DNA of 64,000 nucleotides, taken from a virus. Taxonomy: Duplodnaviria > Caudoviricetes. The number at the start of each line of letters is the position of its first letter. The stretch's first letter is position 1. The DNA lies in the IMG/VR virus record IMGVR_UViG_3300028591_000099, positions 64,001-128,000 of that record; one strand, given 5' to 3'. Both the position numbers and the translations under genes were made by a program. This document shows, piece by piece, positions 37,637 to 46,900 of the stretch. A model generated the notes under the pieces. That model saw nothing but the letters and a program-made list of their open reading frames with translations. It was not told where the DNA came from and ran no database searches.

Positions 37637-37911
37637 AGGGGTGTCGGTTAATGGTAAGCTCGCGGACTTCAACCGCGTAAGCGTGCAATGGTGCCTTATT
37701 GTAGGGATATAATAAGTGGAGGCAATGATATCGGTGAAGACTAAACTGAAAAGCATGTTAATACCGAGGGAACGAAAGGCCCGTAGAGACTAGATAATTG
37801 CCCAGCTAGATCAGCTGAAGATATAGTCCAGACCACAAACAGTAATGGTAATGAAAATTATAGTGGCAAGCAAACCCGCCAATCCCCGTTCGAATCGGGG
37901 CACCCCTGCCA
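37637..37911 (+). tRNA. tRNA-Trp(UCA), opal-decoding, split by a group I intron (exons 37637-37669 and 37871-37911)
   Basis: Joined exons give 74 nt: acceptor AGGGGTG/CACCCCT, G73, CCA; T arm CCCCG-TTCGAAT-CGGGG; anticodon loop CT-TCA-AA; short variable loop. Confidence 0.85.
37670..37870 (+). mobile_element. Group I self-splicing intron (201 nt, no ORF) in the anticodon
   Basis: P/Q pair TATCGGTGAA / AATACCGAG; R CCGTAGAGACTAG; S GAAGATATAGTCC; P3 GGCAAT/ATTGCC; P8 CAGCT/AGCTG; GNRA-capped P2; preceded by U and ends in G. Confidence 0.85.
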
Positions 37912-37946
37912 AGGAAGTAATCGGCGAATTAAGTCGAAAAATATAT

Positions 37947-37991
37947 AAAAAAAAATAGGGAGAGTATAATTAAATACTCTCCCTATTTTTT
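37947..37991. terminator. Bidirectional terminator between the convergent genome arms
   Basis: A-tract-TAGGGAGAGTAT-loop-ATACTCTCCCTA-T-tract. Confidence 0.8.
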
Positions 37992-38579
37992 ATTTTCATG
38001 GTGTAAATCTTTCATATCTTCTGCAGAAACCAGAACTTCATCAAATGTGCGATCTACCTGATGTTGTTCATCTTCCTTGACTATTGGTAATCTAATAGCT
38101 CTTTCATAATAAGAATCACCTTGAGCATTACCACCTAATTTATTATAGATATGATGTAAATCACTTAATGTATCGAATTGATATTGAGTCATCCAACCTT
38201 GTGCGATATAGGCCTTACAAGCATTGATTAATTGAAATTTATAGAATTGAATATCTTGTTCTTTTAAAACTTTGAAATCTTCTTCAACAGCTTTTAAATC
38301 ATCAACCGCTTCCCAATACATATCACGATAACGTTTAAACTCACTGCTAGTCTCATTCTTAAAATCATTAAAAGTTTTTTCAACACTATTTTTAAAGTCT
38401 TGGCACATTTCTCTAACAATAGATTCAACATGGTCGTGTAAGGCTTGTTGATCATACTTTTCAGCTTTACTCTCTTTTTCATTATGCTGCTTAACAAGTG
38501 TATCTCAAATATATTTGACTAAAAAGCCTCCAAAAGCCACTAAAACGTAGCTTAAAATTGCATCTGCTGAAATATTCAT
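37983..38579 (-). CDS. Membrane-anchored coiled-coil protein (holin-like/lysis-associated), 198 aa; 1 TGA-Trp
   Basis: ATG 38579 in frame with ORF 38408 through TGA at codon 25; N-terminal TM segment; HIYNKLGGNAQGD motif. Confidence 0.6.
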
Positions 38580-38636
38580 AATACAGAAACCCCCTCTCGT
38601 ATCAATAGTTATAAAAAAGGCTTTAATGGTCTTATA

Positions 38637-39152
38637 TTACTCTGACCAATCAAAGCCTTCATTATTTATAACTGTGGTGCCTGCGGACGGCCGCATACAT
38701 ACGTGACTGCCAATACAGATAGCATCGCATTCATCTTGCGTTGCCTTTACTTGATACTGCTGGAGAACATATGCTTGTGCATTACGTTTCTGATCTGGTC
38801 TTGTGCGACCTTTGATCTGTAATGTTGATTTTCAAGTAGAGGAAGGAACAACTATGACATTTTTATTTAACTCCACTGCAGTCTCAAGAACTACACCGAA
38901 TACATTTGCTAATACTTTGAAGGTTTTCACATTATTTCCAACCGAGGACTGCAGTTGTATATCTTCAAAGGCAATTGTGTCTATATCTCACTCTTGGACT
39001 TTTTTGATTATAAAGTTGCGAATGGTGACTAAACGTTCACCAACCTCTTCTTGCTCGGTAGTAAGATGCCCTCAATCTTTAAGCTCGCCGTCAATAAAGA
39101 TAGATCACCCGGATACACGACTCGCTTGATCCAGGGCTAAAAGTTTAGACAT
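38637..39152 (-). CDS. ruvC: RuvC-like Holliday junction resolvase, 171 aa; 4 TGA-Trp (absent from ORF track)
   Basis: LLALDQASRVSG-W-S, IAFEDI, PSST-W-KS, QDECDAICIG catalytic motifs; open only with TGA=Trp. Confidence 0.8.
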
Positions 39153-39154
39153 TA

Positions 39155-39700
39155 TTAATTAGAGGTTGAGCCAAAACCGCCTGTGCGGCTGCCGTTCGCA
39201 TTGTCATCATCAACCAGACCATATGTCTTAATGATACCCTGGCCGATGACATCACCAGCTCTAAGAACAATATCAACCGGCGAGAAGTTGATAAACTGGA
39301 AGAAAATCTCACCTTCATTATCTGGATTATTATAATAATCGCTATCAATAATACCAATACCATTAGCAAGAATCATCCAGTAATTTAATGGAGTGGAACT
39401 GCGGACGGATAACTCAAGATACTTATCAGGATCAAGCTGGCACTTAACACCGGTCGGAACTAATGTCGGACGCAAACCAAGATTCTTTGTTAAAGTTTTA
39501 AGATCTTTTAATCCATAAGGAATTTTATGAGCGAAATATCCATCAGCTTCATCCATAAGATTCCAAATAGATGGGACTACAGTATCTTTAGCCACTGCAA
39601 AGTCGTAGCCTGCTGAATTGGCGGTTGCCCGGACGGGTAAGCGGACAGCGCAGGCTTCTTGAGAACTCATATATTTACTAACAATTTCAAACTTATTCAT
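39155..39700 (-). CDS. dut: dUTPase (trimeric)
   Basis: SAGYDF, RSS, GIIDSDYY, RTGGFGST motifs. Confidence 0.95.
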   Translation of the reverse strand: MNKFEIVSKYMSSQEACAVRLPVRATANSAGYDFAVAKDTVVPSIWNLMDEADGYFAHKIPYGLKDLKTLTKNLGLRPTLVPTGVKCQLDPDKYLELSVRSSTPLNYWMILANGIGIIDSDYYNNPDNEGEIFFQFINFSPVDIVLRAGDVIGQGIIKTYGLVDDDNANGSRTGGFGSTSN

Positions 39701-39710
39701 TATTTATCTC

Positions 39711-39962
39711 CTATAAATCATAATCTACTTCATAAACAGGTTTAATATGCTGAGAAGGTTCCTTTTCATCATTAAACTTTTTAACCAAGGTGACTTTATA
39801 ATATTCATCAATAATTTCACCTTTAGCCTTACGAACCTTGTATTCAGAACTATATTTACCTAACTCAAACATAGAACTTGCTTTAGCTTCTTCAATTAAC
39901 TTTTTAGCTTCTTCATCACTATCAACACGAAAAACTTCAGTTGTGCTTACTAAAAACTTCAT
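39711..39962 (-). CDS. Hypothetical protein
   Basis: RBS and operon position. Confidence 0.7.
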   Translation of the reverse strand: MKFLVSTTEVFRVDSDEEAKKLIEEAKASSMFELGKYSSEYKVRKAKGEIIDEYYKVTLVKKFNDEKEPSQHIKPVYEVDYDL

Positions 39963-40232
39963 TTAAATAGACTCTCTTTCTATAACTGCAATATTTTTAT
40001 TATATTTATCAACACCTTTAGTGTTAATTAATCGAGCTAACTGCTTAGTATAATATCTAGAACCGTATAAAATAACTTCATTGGCATTATACTCATTGCA
40101 GGTAGCTGCGATTAGATTTGGCAATGATTCAACTGGCGCACGTCCAATTTCACGACTTGTGCCGTCATCATTGACTAAATAAACGCTCTGGTCATAATCA
40201 AATAGACCAAGTTTACATGTGACTACTGGCAT
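39963..40232 (-). CDS. Hypothetical protein
   Basis: Tightly packed in operon. Confidence 0.65.
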   Translation of the reverse strand: MPVVTCKLGLFDYDQSVYLVNDDGTSREIGRAPVESLPNLIAATCNEYNANEVILYGSRYYTKQLARLINTKGVDKYNKNIAVIERESI

Positions 40233-40738
40233 TTTATTACCCCCTCATCATATTCAAAGAAATAGTATACATAAGAATTATCTCCAATAGTGACCCAGCA
40301 TTCTATAGCACCTTGGTCTGATAATTCAATACTTTTAATTTGGCCCAAGCTTTGAAGACATTCAATAACTTCATTCTCGACTCTTGGAAGAATAGTAGGA
40401 ACTTTTGCGGCATCTAATGGGATACTAACATCAAATAATGTATAATATTTACGCTCATTATTTAACAGCATATAATACTCATGTTCTATTGGATTAACAT
40501 AATCCTTGATGAGTTTAACTGCTTCATCAATTTGGTCTTGAGTATATTCTGGTGCCTTAGTCATAATGCCTTGATTTAACTCATATAGACTTACATCAAA
40601 TGAAGTGCGGCCTTGGACCTCCCAGTTAGCACCATCCCATTTATATAAGGTATGAGTTTCTTCTACTAAAGCCAAATCTCCAACTTGATTGTTGGATTTT
40701 AATTTCATTAATATCTTGCTATTTGGTACTTTTATCAT
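40223..40738 (-). CDS. Hypothetical phage protein
   Basis: RBS GAGG; YYMLLNNERKYYTLF...AIECWV. Confidence 0.7.
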   Translation of the reverse strand: MIKVPNSKILMKLKSNNQVGDLALVEETHTLYKWDGANWEVQGRTSFDVSLYELNQGIMTKAPEYTQDQIDEAVKLIKDYVNPIEHEYYMLLNNERKYYTLFDVSIPLDAAKVPTILPRVENEVIECLQSLGQIKSIELSDQGAIECWVTIGDNSYVYYFFEYDEGVIKCQ

Positions 40739-40746
40739 ATTTACCT

Positions 40747-40971
40747 CTATTTATGTTTGCGATGTGCGTAGGCATTTTTTAAGGATAAAATACGCTTAAC
40801 ACGTTCATCGTATTCAGAAACCGGCATTTTAATATCAATATAAACCACACCATTATTATCTGGACTATATTCGATAACTGCGTTATCGACTGAGCCGGTC
40901 GGAAGATCTAATTCTTGCTCCACTACAAATGGGCGGAGAGGGTATATCCCATATTTATTTTCTCTATCCAT
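40747..40971 (-). CDS. Hypothetical protein, possibly leaderless
   Basis: ATG lies just downstream of the -10 box at 40978-40983. Confidence 0.55.
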   Translation of the reverse strand: MDRENKYGIYPLRPFVVEQELDLPTGSVDNAVIEYSPDNNGVVYIDIKMPVSEYDERVKRILSLKNAYAHRKHK

Positions 40972-40977
40972 ATTATT

Positions 40978-41006
40978 ATTATAACATAAAAATAAAAAAA
41001 ATGCAA
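40978..41006 (-). promoter_or_regulatory. SigA-type promoter
   Basis: TTGCAT-17-TATAAT with TG extension. Confidence 0.65.
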
Positions 41007-41013
41007 GGAAAGA

Positions 41014-41160
41014 TTAAATCAATCCTTGCATTAAATTTAAGAACCAATAGAACATAACAATGAACCAATATCTAGCTAATTCATTATTATTATTTAATTC
41101 TTGTTTTACTCCTAAATATCCAGAGATAAGAACTAATAATGTTTTTATAAAATGTATCAT
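41014..41160 (-). CDS. Small membrane protein (48 aa)
   Basis: MIHFIKTLLVLISGYLG...RYWFIVMFYWFLNLMQGLI; coupled to the nrdG stop. Confidence 0.45.
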   Translation of the reverse strand: MIHFIKTLLVLISGYLGVKQELNNNNELARYWFIVMFYWFLNLMQGLI

Positions 41161-41648
41161 TAGAAGTCTACCCCCTTATATCTAATTTGTTGATTGCGGC
41201 TGCCCCTTAGATGAAGCGAGACATCTCGCTGTTCCTCTAGGTAAGCCCCGTCTATTAATATATCAATGCACTCCAGCATCTGTTGTGCCTCTTTATCGAT
41301 CGCCGCAACCATTTTTATTTGGTCTAAAGTGTATCCAGTCCAACAGAAGATCTTAATTGTTGGGAACTTATTTCTAACATGTCGTAATATATTGCAAGAT
41401 AGTTTTCGATTATACCAAGCAAATGGCTCACCGCCAAGCAAACTGAAGTTTCTAAGCAAACCATTTGCGGTAATTGCTTTATCAATGAGATCTAGATAGT
41501 TATCAGGAAGTAGTTCACCGCCTTCTGGATCCCAAGTTTGCGGGTTATGACAACCATGGCAGTGAAGTGGACAGCCCTGCACCCAGAATGACGTGCATAC
41601 ACCTTCACCATCAACAAAGTCATCTTGAATTAAACCTGCATATTTCAT
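41160..41648 (-). CDS. nrdG: Anaerobic ribonucleotide reductase activase
   Basis: CPLHCHGCHN radical-SAM motif, LGGEP, LRGSRNQ. Confidence 0.95.
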   Translation of the reverse strand: MKYAGLIQDDFVDGEGVCTSFWVQGCPLHCHGCHNPQTWDPEGGELLPDNYLDLIDKAITANGLLRNFSLLGGEPFAWYNRKLSCNILRHVRNKFPTIKIFCWTGYTLDQIKMVAAIDKEAQQMLECIDILIDGAYLEEQRDVSLHLRGSRNQQIRYKGVDF

Positions 41649-41649
41649 A

Positions 41650-43863
41650 TTACTTTCTCCAATTTGTTAGACTGTTAGAATGCTTATATCTCATTTCAAC
41701 TTCTTGCTGTTTACCTTTATTAAATGCTGTTGTGTAATTACCTGTTAAATAGCCAGTAACTCTACGCAGTCTTTGGATATTATGGCTGCCACAAACTGGG
41801 CAAGTGTCATTCATCTCATCTGTGTAACCGCAATCAAGGCACGTATCATTTGGAACATTGATTGCGAAATATGGAATGTCTTTATCCATAGCGTAATTTA
41901 CAATCTGCTCCAATGCATCAAGATTGTTTTTAGCACCAGAATCTAATTCAACATAAGTAATACAACCAGCATTACTGTATCCCGTTAATTGACTTTCAAT
42001 ATCAATTTTTTCGAATGGTGACATATGCTTCCAAACAGGAACATGAATACTGTTTGTAAAATACTCATTTTCAGAAACATTTGGAATAACACCATATTGT
42101 TCTTTGAACTTCTTCATAGCAGTATAACATAAGTTTTCTGCAGGAGTATAATATACTCCAAAGTTTAAATGATATTTCTTCTTAAATTCTGCACAACGCT
42201 TTTGGAATAATTCTTCAATTTCTTTAGCCATCATCATACCTTCATTATCGGTTTGATCGACACCCATTAAAATCTGTAAAGTCTCTGCCATACCAAGCTG
42301 GCCAATAACTAGAGTGCCATGTTTCATTGCAGAACGGATACCCTCTTCAGGTTTATACCCTAGCATTGTGCCATTTTCATACATGAATTTTGCAGAATCT
42401 GGAGACTGGCTGCAAATCCATTCATAACGTTCGATTAACATATCTTTAGCTTCAGAAATCTTTTTATCCAAAAGATTCATAAAATTATCGCATAAATCAC
42501 CAGATAACTCTTTAGCTTTCATAGCAAGAAATGGAAGTAAGATAGTTACTGGAGCAATATTGCCACGACCATCTTTGGTTTGCGGATTTGTGCCTGGTTC
42601 AGCATTGATATCGCTACCATTATACGTTCTGCACCCCATTGTTGAAACATAGGTTCTAGGATCATTACGATCATATCCGGCATTCGTAGACCAATCAACA
42701 TTAACATAGTTTGGATATAATCTCTGTGCGGTAGATTTTAATGCTAATCTAAATAAATCATAGTTTGGATCACCAGGTGCACGGTTAACGCCTTTCATGC
42801 ACTGGAAGATACCGCATGGGAAGATAGATGTTTTATGTAATTTACCTAAGCCTTCAATAGAAACGTTAAGAATTTCTTCAGTAACCATTCTACCTTCTGG
42901 AAGTGTGCATGTTCCATAGTTGATAGATGTAAATGGTAGCTGATTACCAGAACGTGATTGAAGTGTATTTAGATTATGATACATACCTTCAACAGCCTGA
43001 TGCACCTCACGTTTAGTCATATTCAAAGCATAATCATAAGCAACACAACGCGGATAATCTTCAATTGACATATCAGAATTAGCTTCAAATCCCATAAAGG
43101 AATCATCAACATAATCAATAGCATCTTTCCAATGTTTATAGAAAGATTTTCTGACATATGGGACCATAGTCCAATCTAAATGGCTCGCACTGACGCCACC
43201 AAATTGCTGTAAAGACTGCAACTGGAAAATAACTGCTACGAGCTGGAATGCTGTGTTAACAGAATTAGCTGGTCTAACATCAGTTTGACGAGTATTGAAA
43301 CCTTTAGCTAAAATATCATCAAATGGGATAGTTAAACAGTTATGCATACCAACAGCATAAGAATCTAAATCATGAATATAAATATAATTATTTAAATGAT
43401 TATTACGGGACATCTCTGACATACAATAGTCAAGGGCAAATTTTTTAGTTAAAGCACGATTGGCTTCACCCATGCGGCCGCCGAATGAATGCTCATCAAC
43501 ATTTGCATTTTGATTCTGAACATCACTGGCATCTAACTTACGAGCCACCTCTTGCATAAATTGTGTGTTGTGCTCACGAACTCTATTACGTTCATAACGA
43601 TACTGAATATAAGCACGAGCTACATCCTTACGCTTGCAGGACATCAGACCATTTTCAACAAGATCCTGGATCTCTTCAACATTTAATTCGTGGTCAGAAG
43701 CTTCTGCTTGTTCTTCAACATATTCAGCGATATTTGCGGCTTTCGTCTCAGCATACTGTGAGATCTGGCCATCAACATCTTCAAAAGCGGCTAAAACCGC
43801 ACGCTCAATTTTGCTCTTATCAAATTCTACGACAGAGCCATCTCTTTTAATAATTAATAACAT
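41650..43863 (-). CDS. nrdD: Anaerobic (class III) ribonucleotide reductase with ATP cone
   Basis: IIKRDG ATP cone, HIHDLD-type motif (YIHDLD), MGCR, TPAENL, CxxC..CxxC, RRVTGYL glycyl radical site. Confidence 0.97.
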   Translation of the reverse strand: MLLIIKRDGSVVEFDKSKIERAVLAAFEDVDGQISQYAETKAANIAEYVEEQAEASDHELNVEEIQDLVENGLMSCKRKDVARAYIQYRYERNRVREHNTQFMQEVARKLDASDVQNQNANVDEHSFGGRMGEANRALTKKFALDYCMSEMSRNNHLNNYIYIHDLDSYAVGMHNCLTIPFDDILAKGFNTRQTDVRPANSVNTAFQLVAVIFQLQSLQQFGGVSASHLDWTMVPYVRKSFYKHWKDAIDYVDDSFMGFEANSDMSIEDYPRCVAYDYALNMTKREVHQAVEGMYHNLNTLQSRSGNQLPFTSINYGTCTLPEGRMVTEEILNVSIEGLGKLHKTSIFPCGIFQCMKGVNRAPGDPNYDLFRLALKSTAQRLYPNYVNVDWSTNAGYDRNDPRTYVSTMGCRTYNGSDINAEPGTNPQTKDGRGNIAPVTILLPFLAMKAKELSGDLCDNFMNLLDKKISEAKDMLIERYEWICSQSPDSAKFMYENGTMLGYKPEEGIRSAMKHGTLVIGQLGMAETLQILMGVDQTDNEGMMMAKEIEELFQKRCAEFKKKYHLNFGVYYTPAENLCYTAMKKFKEQYGVIPNVSENEYFTNSIHVPVWKHMSPFEKIDIESQLTGYSNAGCITYVELDSGAKNNLDALEQIVNYAMDKDIPYFAINVPNDTCLDCGYTDEMNDTCPVCGSHNIQRLRRVTGYLTGNYTTAFNKGKQQEVEMRYKHSNSLTNWRK

Positions 43864-43967
43864 ATCGTTTCCTCCTAAGTATTTAATATATGTTAAGGAT
43901 TTTTCGATCCGTAAATTATATAACTTTTATCTTAAATATTTTATCCAAATCAGACCAAAGGAGGACA

Positions 43968-46900
43968 TTAGTCCTCCTCATCAATTTCACCTTGTGCTCG
44001 ATTTGATGTTAATAACACATCTCGACCATCATTATACAATGATTCGATCTTATACAACTGATGACCTTGACTATTACTATATTTTTTCGGAGTAAAATTA
44101 TCGCCCTGTCTAATACCCTGAACAACAATCATACTACCTCTATTGAACCAGCTACCTTCAATTTTATGCTTAACACCATCGGCACCTCTCGCAGATATTG
44201 TCTTATCAAATAATGCGAAATATTCTTTCGCAAATTTAACATCAACAACTCCAGTAGTTGTTAATAATGTTACTGTTGAACGAACCTTATCTTTAGCAAT
44301 ACAAGTTCCGCAAATCTTATGTAATTTAAACTTCCTAATTTCATGACCGTTACGAGTCTTCCAAGATTCTAACACTATTGGAGTTTCTGGTAAACTGAAA
44401 AAATCTTCATAACCATATTTTTTATTATCCAATTTTGCCAACTCATGTTCATGATAATAGAAACATAATACTTCCATCTCCCATGCGGATAAAGACCCGG
44501 ACGCATATTTAACCCAATCTTCTTTAAATATACTATCATTTAAATTTCTCAAAATTTCATCTTTATTTTCAGAAATCCACTGTCTAAATACATCCATCCA
44601 TCCTTGATATACTTTGTCCCAATCTTTAACTGTCACCGTTGCATTACTTTGAATCAAATTATCATAACCAACTTCTGTTAAGAAATTAAATGCTCTTGTA
44701 TCCAAATTATATAAAGTTTTTGAACTATTAATACAAACCTTTTTTAAATATCTATTAAACTCAAAAATACGACGAGCCATTACCTGTTTATCATTATGTT
44801 CTGGCAATAAACCATGGGCAATTAACCCACTCATATTTTGTAAAGTTATACGTTTCTTTTTATCACAAGTTTCCCAAATATACCAAGCCATCACAAACTT
44901 GCGGTCTTCCATATTATCGAAAGCTCCGCCTTTAATCAAACTAATCATCGCTTGTTTATTCGGATGAACTTTTTCTATATAATCTTTTGGAGAACTATAT
45001 GGTCTATACTTAATCGTATTTTCAATAACCTCATCTCCAACATTCAACATACTCTTTAATCCAAAAAGTATCTGATTATTTTCAATATCTGGTTCAAAAC
45101 CATAACCAGATTTATTAATATCAACTAAACTTACTTTAATACCAGCCGCACGGGTATCACCTAATGCTTTCGCCATCTTACCATAAGCTGTTGAACCCCC
45201 ACCAATTGATCCACTATTAACCGCTAAACATGCTGTATTCCAATAGATTGGATTAAAATGAGTCCCAATATATGCAGTCTGGAAACCAATAAATGAATAT
45301 GCCAACGCATGAATAATACTAAATGAATAACCCATCTGCGGACCGACGCCATATTGCCATACATATCGGCCCAAATTTTCAGAACTTGCTTGTTTATAAA
45401 TCTTTTCACGAAGTTCTGGAATCTTATTCATCTGTTTTTTACCAACTATTTTACGAGCCGCATTTGCTTCTCCTAGAGTAAAATGACAAATCTTATCATC
45501 CATCAACATTCTCATTAACTGTTCTTGGCTTGGCGGTACTCCATAAGATGATAAGAAATATGGCTCTAACGTTTTTTGCTCTTCAACTGTTAAACCAGCC
45601 TTCCGCATCTCCTCATACCACAATGAAATGTTATTTTTATATCTAACATATTTATCCATCGGAGTTTCTGCACCCCGTTCCGCAGTCATAAGTCTCATTA
45701 AACCATTTGTATCGGCTAATTCCAAAATATTTTTTGGTTTAATCTTCTTTGCGGCTTGTGCTCCAACCATTGAATCGAACTGGAAAATATTTAATACAGA
45801 CCCTTCTTCGATGGCTTTCCACACCTTTTGGTCATCTAATGGTAACACTTCTGGATGAAAATACTTATCATATACTTCTTTTAAACTTAAATCAGGTTCA
45901 ATTTCATTATTCTTTTGTAACAAATGAATTGCTTCAACTAATTTATCTTGAACATCTGTTACTAAGAAGTCAAACTTCGTCATTCCCAATGATTCACACA
46001 TATGAAGATCAAACTGTGTAATAATTTCACCATTCGGTGTCTTCATAAATGCTCCATACTCATATGGATCTTCATCGAAGAAAATTACACCTGATGCATG
46101 AGAACCACGCTGTTTAATTAACCCTTGAATACCAAACATAATCTCTAATAATCCAGGATAATTATTTACTTCCATGACAAACTGCTGAACCGGATTACGA
46201 TCTTTATCTGGATTCCCATACACAGTATCTTCTAATGTCCATAAGAAACCACGTTCAGATGGAATTAATGATGACATATACTGTGCTTCATCAACGTCAA
46301 TGCCATCTGGGAACTCATCACTTCGATAACCTCTACATGCTGTTAAAATCGCACTTTTTGTCGATTCAGTTCCAAAAGTCGCAATTAATGTGCAACCTAA
46401 ATTCTCTCTTGCTAATTCTGATACACTTTTATCAAAATTTTTACCACGTTCTTCTTTAATCTTTTCAATAATAATCGGACGTTTTGATGGACATAAATCC
46501 AAATCAATATCACCTAATTCAATACGTTCTTTATTCAAATATCTAAAGAATGGCAAATTCCACTTAATCGGGTCAAGCTGCGTTACACCTAATAAATAAT
46601 GATTTAATCCAGAACATGATGAACCACGTCCTGCACCAACCATACTTCCACATTCCCAGAACATATTAATATAATGCTGTAAAGTTACTGGATAACAAAA
46701 CATATTTGTCTCAAGTTTTTCACCAATAACTCTTTTAATATCAGCTTCTTCCTCTAATCGAGAAAGATATGTATCATTATCTTTATCTAATTCTTTTAAC
46801 TTCTTTAAACACTCATTAACCCAATATCTCTCATAAACATCATTTGACATTCTCATACTTTTGAGAATTGGGAATTTATTTAATGAATTATCCTCATATG

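Noticed and set aside
37670-37870. Homing endonuclease inside the intron
   Set aside because: The intron is only 201 nt with no ORF of useful length
37637-37911. tRNA-Sec or TGA=Gly (code 25) interpretation
   Set aside because: The tRNA has a 7-bp acceptor stem, short variable loop and Trp identity elements; paralogue alignment pairs TGA with TGG
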